Origin: Octopus sinensis
Lineage: Eukaryota
Assembly (NCBI RefSeq): GCF_006345805.1
Contig: NC_042999.1
Location: 5,084,001-5,148,000 of the forward strand
Reading direction: 5' to 3'
DNA length: 64,000 nt
The notes under the pieces are model-generated. The model did no database searches. It saw only the letters and a list, made by a program, of their open reading frames with translations, and had not been told where the DNA came from. The position numbers were made by a program, and so were the translations under genes. Below, piece by piece: positions 61,201-64,000 of this stretch (positions are counted from its first letter, which is position 1; each line of letters begins with the position of its first letter).

Positions 61201-61656
61201 GCTCCCCTGCCCACCCGATCGAAACGTTCGTCTAAGACAGCGTTCCAATCCCCAACTAGCACTAGAGTGCGTGACGTTCCCAGGAAAACTTCCAGACGTT
61301 TGAAATAATCCGACTGCCCTGCTCCTGTTGAAGCGTAGGCAGCCAGCAGTCTGAAAGCACCGCCGTCACTACCGTCCACGTCGAGGACCACCAACTTACC
61401 TTCCGGATCCAAGAAGACTGTCCTTATTTTCAGGTCCAGGCCCTTCCGAAACAACACCGCAGTACCACCACCGCCCGCTCCCGGCCGACACGGAGATAGA
61501 AATATCTCGTATCCGCCGAAAAGAGCTGCGAGTTCCTGCGGGTCGGAGAGCCTGGTTTCACTGATGGCTGCTACATCCACATCATGAAACCTCAGGTCGT
61601 TTAACAGGTGACCTGAGGCCTCTCACATTCAAGCAACCGATTCTAAGATTTGCCAT
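58295..61656 (-). pseudogene. Tx1/L1 ORF2 (endonuclease-reverse transcriptase), disrupted
   Basis: MANLRIGCLNVRGL start at 61656; AAISETR, LVGDWNAVLD, SYLDRVF, EHKLV; RT RPITLLN, DQSKAFDRVDH, QGCPLS, YADD; CPRC..ETVLH..C. Frameshift ~61610, in-frame TGA 60431-60429, compensating frameshifts ~59250/59115, frameshift ~58480. Confidence 0.92.
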
Positions 61657-61694
61657 GTTTCAAAAGTTAGGAAAAAAAAAGGAGAAAAAAGGCT

Positions 61695-63574
61695 CTACTT
61701 ACTGTTGTTGGTGGTGGGGGTGGCTCCCTTGTGCTTTTGCACGGGTGCTTCAATAATATTTTTGTAAAGTTTCTGAGAGAAACTTTTCCCTAACGATCCC
61801 ACATCGTTAGGGAATATTTGTTTTATTTCGTTGTAAACTGTTTTGTTTATTTTAATTGTGAGAATGTGTGCTGGTGGTGTGTTGTGTGTAGGTATTATGA
61901 AATCTGTAATGTTTGTGCTTGTTTTGTTTTTCAAATACTCAACCAGTTCTTGGTTTTTTGTATTTATCGCTGTAATCGTGTCTGTAATTGTGTCTGTGTT
62001 TGTTTGTGTCTGTGGCAGTAGTGGTGTCGAAAGTGTTGTTGTTGTTTGTTGTTGTGAATGTGTGTTGTTGTTGATGTTGTTGTTGATGTTGGGAAGTACT
62101 ATTTGTTCGTGCTTCCCCTGTAAATCTTTTTGTTTTTTCCACCTTTTCTTCTTTGGAGGCACTATGTTCCATTCTCCTTTGTTGGAATCAGAGCTCGCAC
62201 AATCCGACTCTTCATCCGGCAAAGGAATGGTTGAGGGGTCTGCTTCAGTAGCAGGACGAAAGGTTTTTGGTTCCGCCGGTATCGTTGGTGCTGCTGCTCC
62301 TGTTGCTGTTGATGTCGCTGCTATCGACCTTCGAGGTACTGGTGTCGGTGTTGGTTTGGTGGTGGTTGTCGGTGTTGGTTTGGTGGTGGTTGTCGGTGTT
62401 GGTTTGGTGGTGGTTGTCGGTGTTGGTTTGGTGGTGGTTGTTGTTGTTGGAGGTGGTGTTGTTGTTCGTCTTGGTGCTGGTGATGGTGTTGGTGGTGTGG
62501 CAGCTTTTGGTGTTTCGTGCTGTTTCTGTTGTTGTTGTTGCTTCCTCTTATTGTACTCCTCCATCCTCTTTTTCTGAATGGGGCAGTCCCTTTTCAGGTG
62601 GCTTTCGCTACTGCAGAGGAAACATTTTGGCTTTCGCCCCTCTACAGTAACATTTAGCCTGGTCCCATCCAGTAAGATGACAAAGTCAGGTATGGCATTG
62701 ATGTTTTCCTGCTGGATCTGTACCAGCAGTTGAATACCCATGCCTGACCAGTTCTTTTCTCGTACCCTCCGAACATTCAGAATAGTGGCAGTGTCCTCTA
62801 TGCCATAGAGGACAGCCGCCACTAGCCATGAGATTTTCTGTTCGGGGGGTATTGTGTTAATAGTTATTTTTTGTACCTTACGCCCGAGGTACGTCGGGAC
62901 GAGGAACAAATGTTCATTTTGCAAGGGCGAAATGGCGTTCGCCCTTGCAAGCTCCTCTGTTGGGAAGCGAACCTCCATGGTTCCAAAACGCTTCCCTCTT
63001 GTCACATAGCTCTTTTGGCCCCAAATGGGCTTCAGAGCTATTTCTAATTGTTGTGGTGTGGCGTTAAACAATCTTTTGGTTTTCTTTTCGAAAACTTTAT
63101 AGAATATTGTTTTTTTGTATGAATATTGTCTCATGTATGAGTTGTTGAGGTGTGTTGAGGAAAACACTGTTTCCCTCCTTTCTCAACAAATCTTGTGCCA
63201 ATTTTATGTCCTCCATTGTTATTTCTACATCTTCCGAAATTTGCTTCGCAGCAGAAGCAAAATCGTTAGAGACTTTTACATTTTTTTGTTGGTTCCTGTC
63301 TGTGTTTGTCTGTAAAAAGTTTCTTTTCCTCCCCCTTCGGTACAGCATCACTTGTTGAAGGCAGAGGGGGGAAATCAAGAGTGACGTCGAACGCGACGTC
63401 CCGACTAGCATTCTCCCTTCGAACGGTGCGCGTGCTTTCCGTTTCGGAAGGAGGAGCTCTGTTGCCTTTTACGGCCTGAAATGGGTTGTTCGTAACCCGT
63501 GACGTTAATTTTTGTTCTTGTGGAGGGGGTGTTGTAAGAAGGAGGGAAGAGCCAGCAGCTCGTTTCAATGCCAT
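61695..63574 (-). pseudogene. Tx1-type ORF1 (gag-like, CFLCSSESHLKRDC zinc knuckle, TTTKPTP repeats), frameshifted near 63.1-63.3 kb
   Basis: ATG at 63574 (MALKRAAG) continues across ORF-track frames 63266-63715, 63097-63411 and 61695-63167. Confidence 0.85.
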
Positions 63575-63793
63575 TTTGTAATGTGTGTGTGCAAAAAATG
63601 TCAATTTCAAATGGATAAACAGTAATTTCACACCGAATGGGGCAAAATTTCGCCCAACCGACGAGCTCCGCAAGAAGCCGGTCGGTTTGGCTACAAAAAT
63701 ATTAAAAAATATCAAAACTTATCAATAGATTTCCAATGAAATTGGTGTCAAATTCACGGAGCTGATTCACGTACGTCCATCAGCGTCGGAAAG

Positions 63794-64000
63794 AATAATA
63801 ATAATAATAATAATAATCAATTCTTTTTTATTGGCCACAAGGGCTGACACGCATGATTACATAAAGGGACAAGACAGGACGAAAGGTTACAAAGGGTTTT
63901 GTCCGTTTGTTAAAAAAAATCCGTGTAAAAAACTTTAAAGCAATGATTATTAAAAACAATGAAAAACTCCCAAAAGGGGGAGACGTCTCGAAATGTTCCC
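63794..64000 (-). mobile_element. 3'UTR and (ATT)n tail of a third Tx1 copy continuing beyond the window
   Basis: Homologous to 58003-58205 (ggccacaagggctgacac, aaaggttacaaagggttttgtccg, aaaaactcccaaaagggggag). Confidence 0.88.

Larger units (their letters stand above)
58003..63793 (-). mobile_element. Near full-length (~5.8 kb) L1/Tx1-clade non-LTR retrotransposon, decayed
   Basis: 5'UTR, ORF1 with CCHC knuckle, ORF2 with APE endonuclease + RT + C-terminal CCHC, 3'UTR ending in (ATT)n at 58003-58020. Confidence 0.92.

Noticed and set aside
61843-62650. Plus-strand hydrophobic ORFs (244 aa, 127 aa)
   Set aside because: Antisense of Thr/Gln-rich Tx1 ORF1 repeats.
57520-64000. LTR retrotransposon with ~700-bp LTRs (57520-58205 and 63322-64000)
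   Set aside because: The repeats are only about 70-75% identical, contain a 3'UTR/(ATT)n/5'UTR/ORF1 junction, lack TG..CA ends, and flank an APE-RT (non-LTR) ORF2 with no integrase or protease.

Overview
AT-rich, repeat-dense eukaryotic DNA, most likely an octopus (inferred from the SINE/LINE/microsatellite landscape; not database-confirmed). The main gene is splicing factor SF3B2 (SAP145/Cus1) on the minus strand: 21 coding exons that I chained by hand with GT-AG junctions and continuous phase (CDS 34362->2540, 3036 nt, 1011 aa), plus a probable non-coding exon 1 and ETS-motif promoter at ~36.05-36.15 kb. Upstream, 48152-57486 is a same-orientation, intron-containing, internally deleted duplicate of 9469-35322. 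It still splices in frame into a 5-exon, 120-aa ORF: basic N-terminus, a heavily rewritten middle, a conserved PSP (SF3B4/RBM7-binding) module, a deletion-created stop and a nearby AATAAA. This is a candidate new SF3B2-derived micro-protein. The duplicate abuts a head-to-tail array of diverged L1/Tx1-clade retrotransposons (57487-64000) whose 3' tail resembles that of an abundant local SINE. The parent SF3B2 has Ser in place of the PRMT9-target Arg (human R508). The rest is SINEs, CR1/RTE/mariner fragments, TTAA MITEs, a Helitron and microsatellites. Expression and selection cannot be shown from this window alone.
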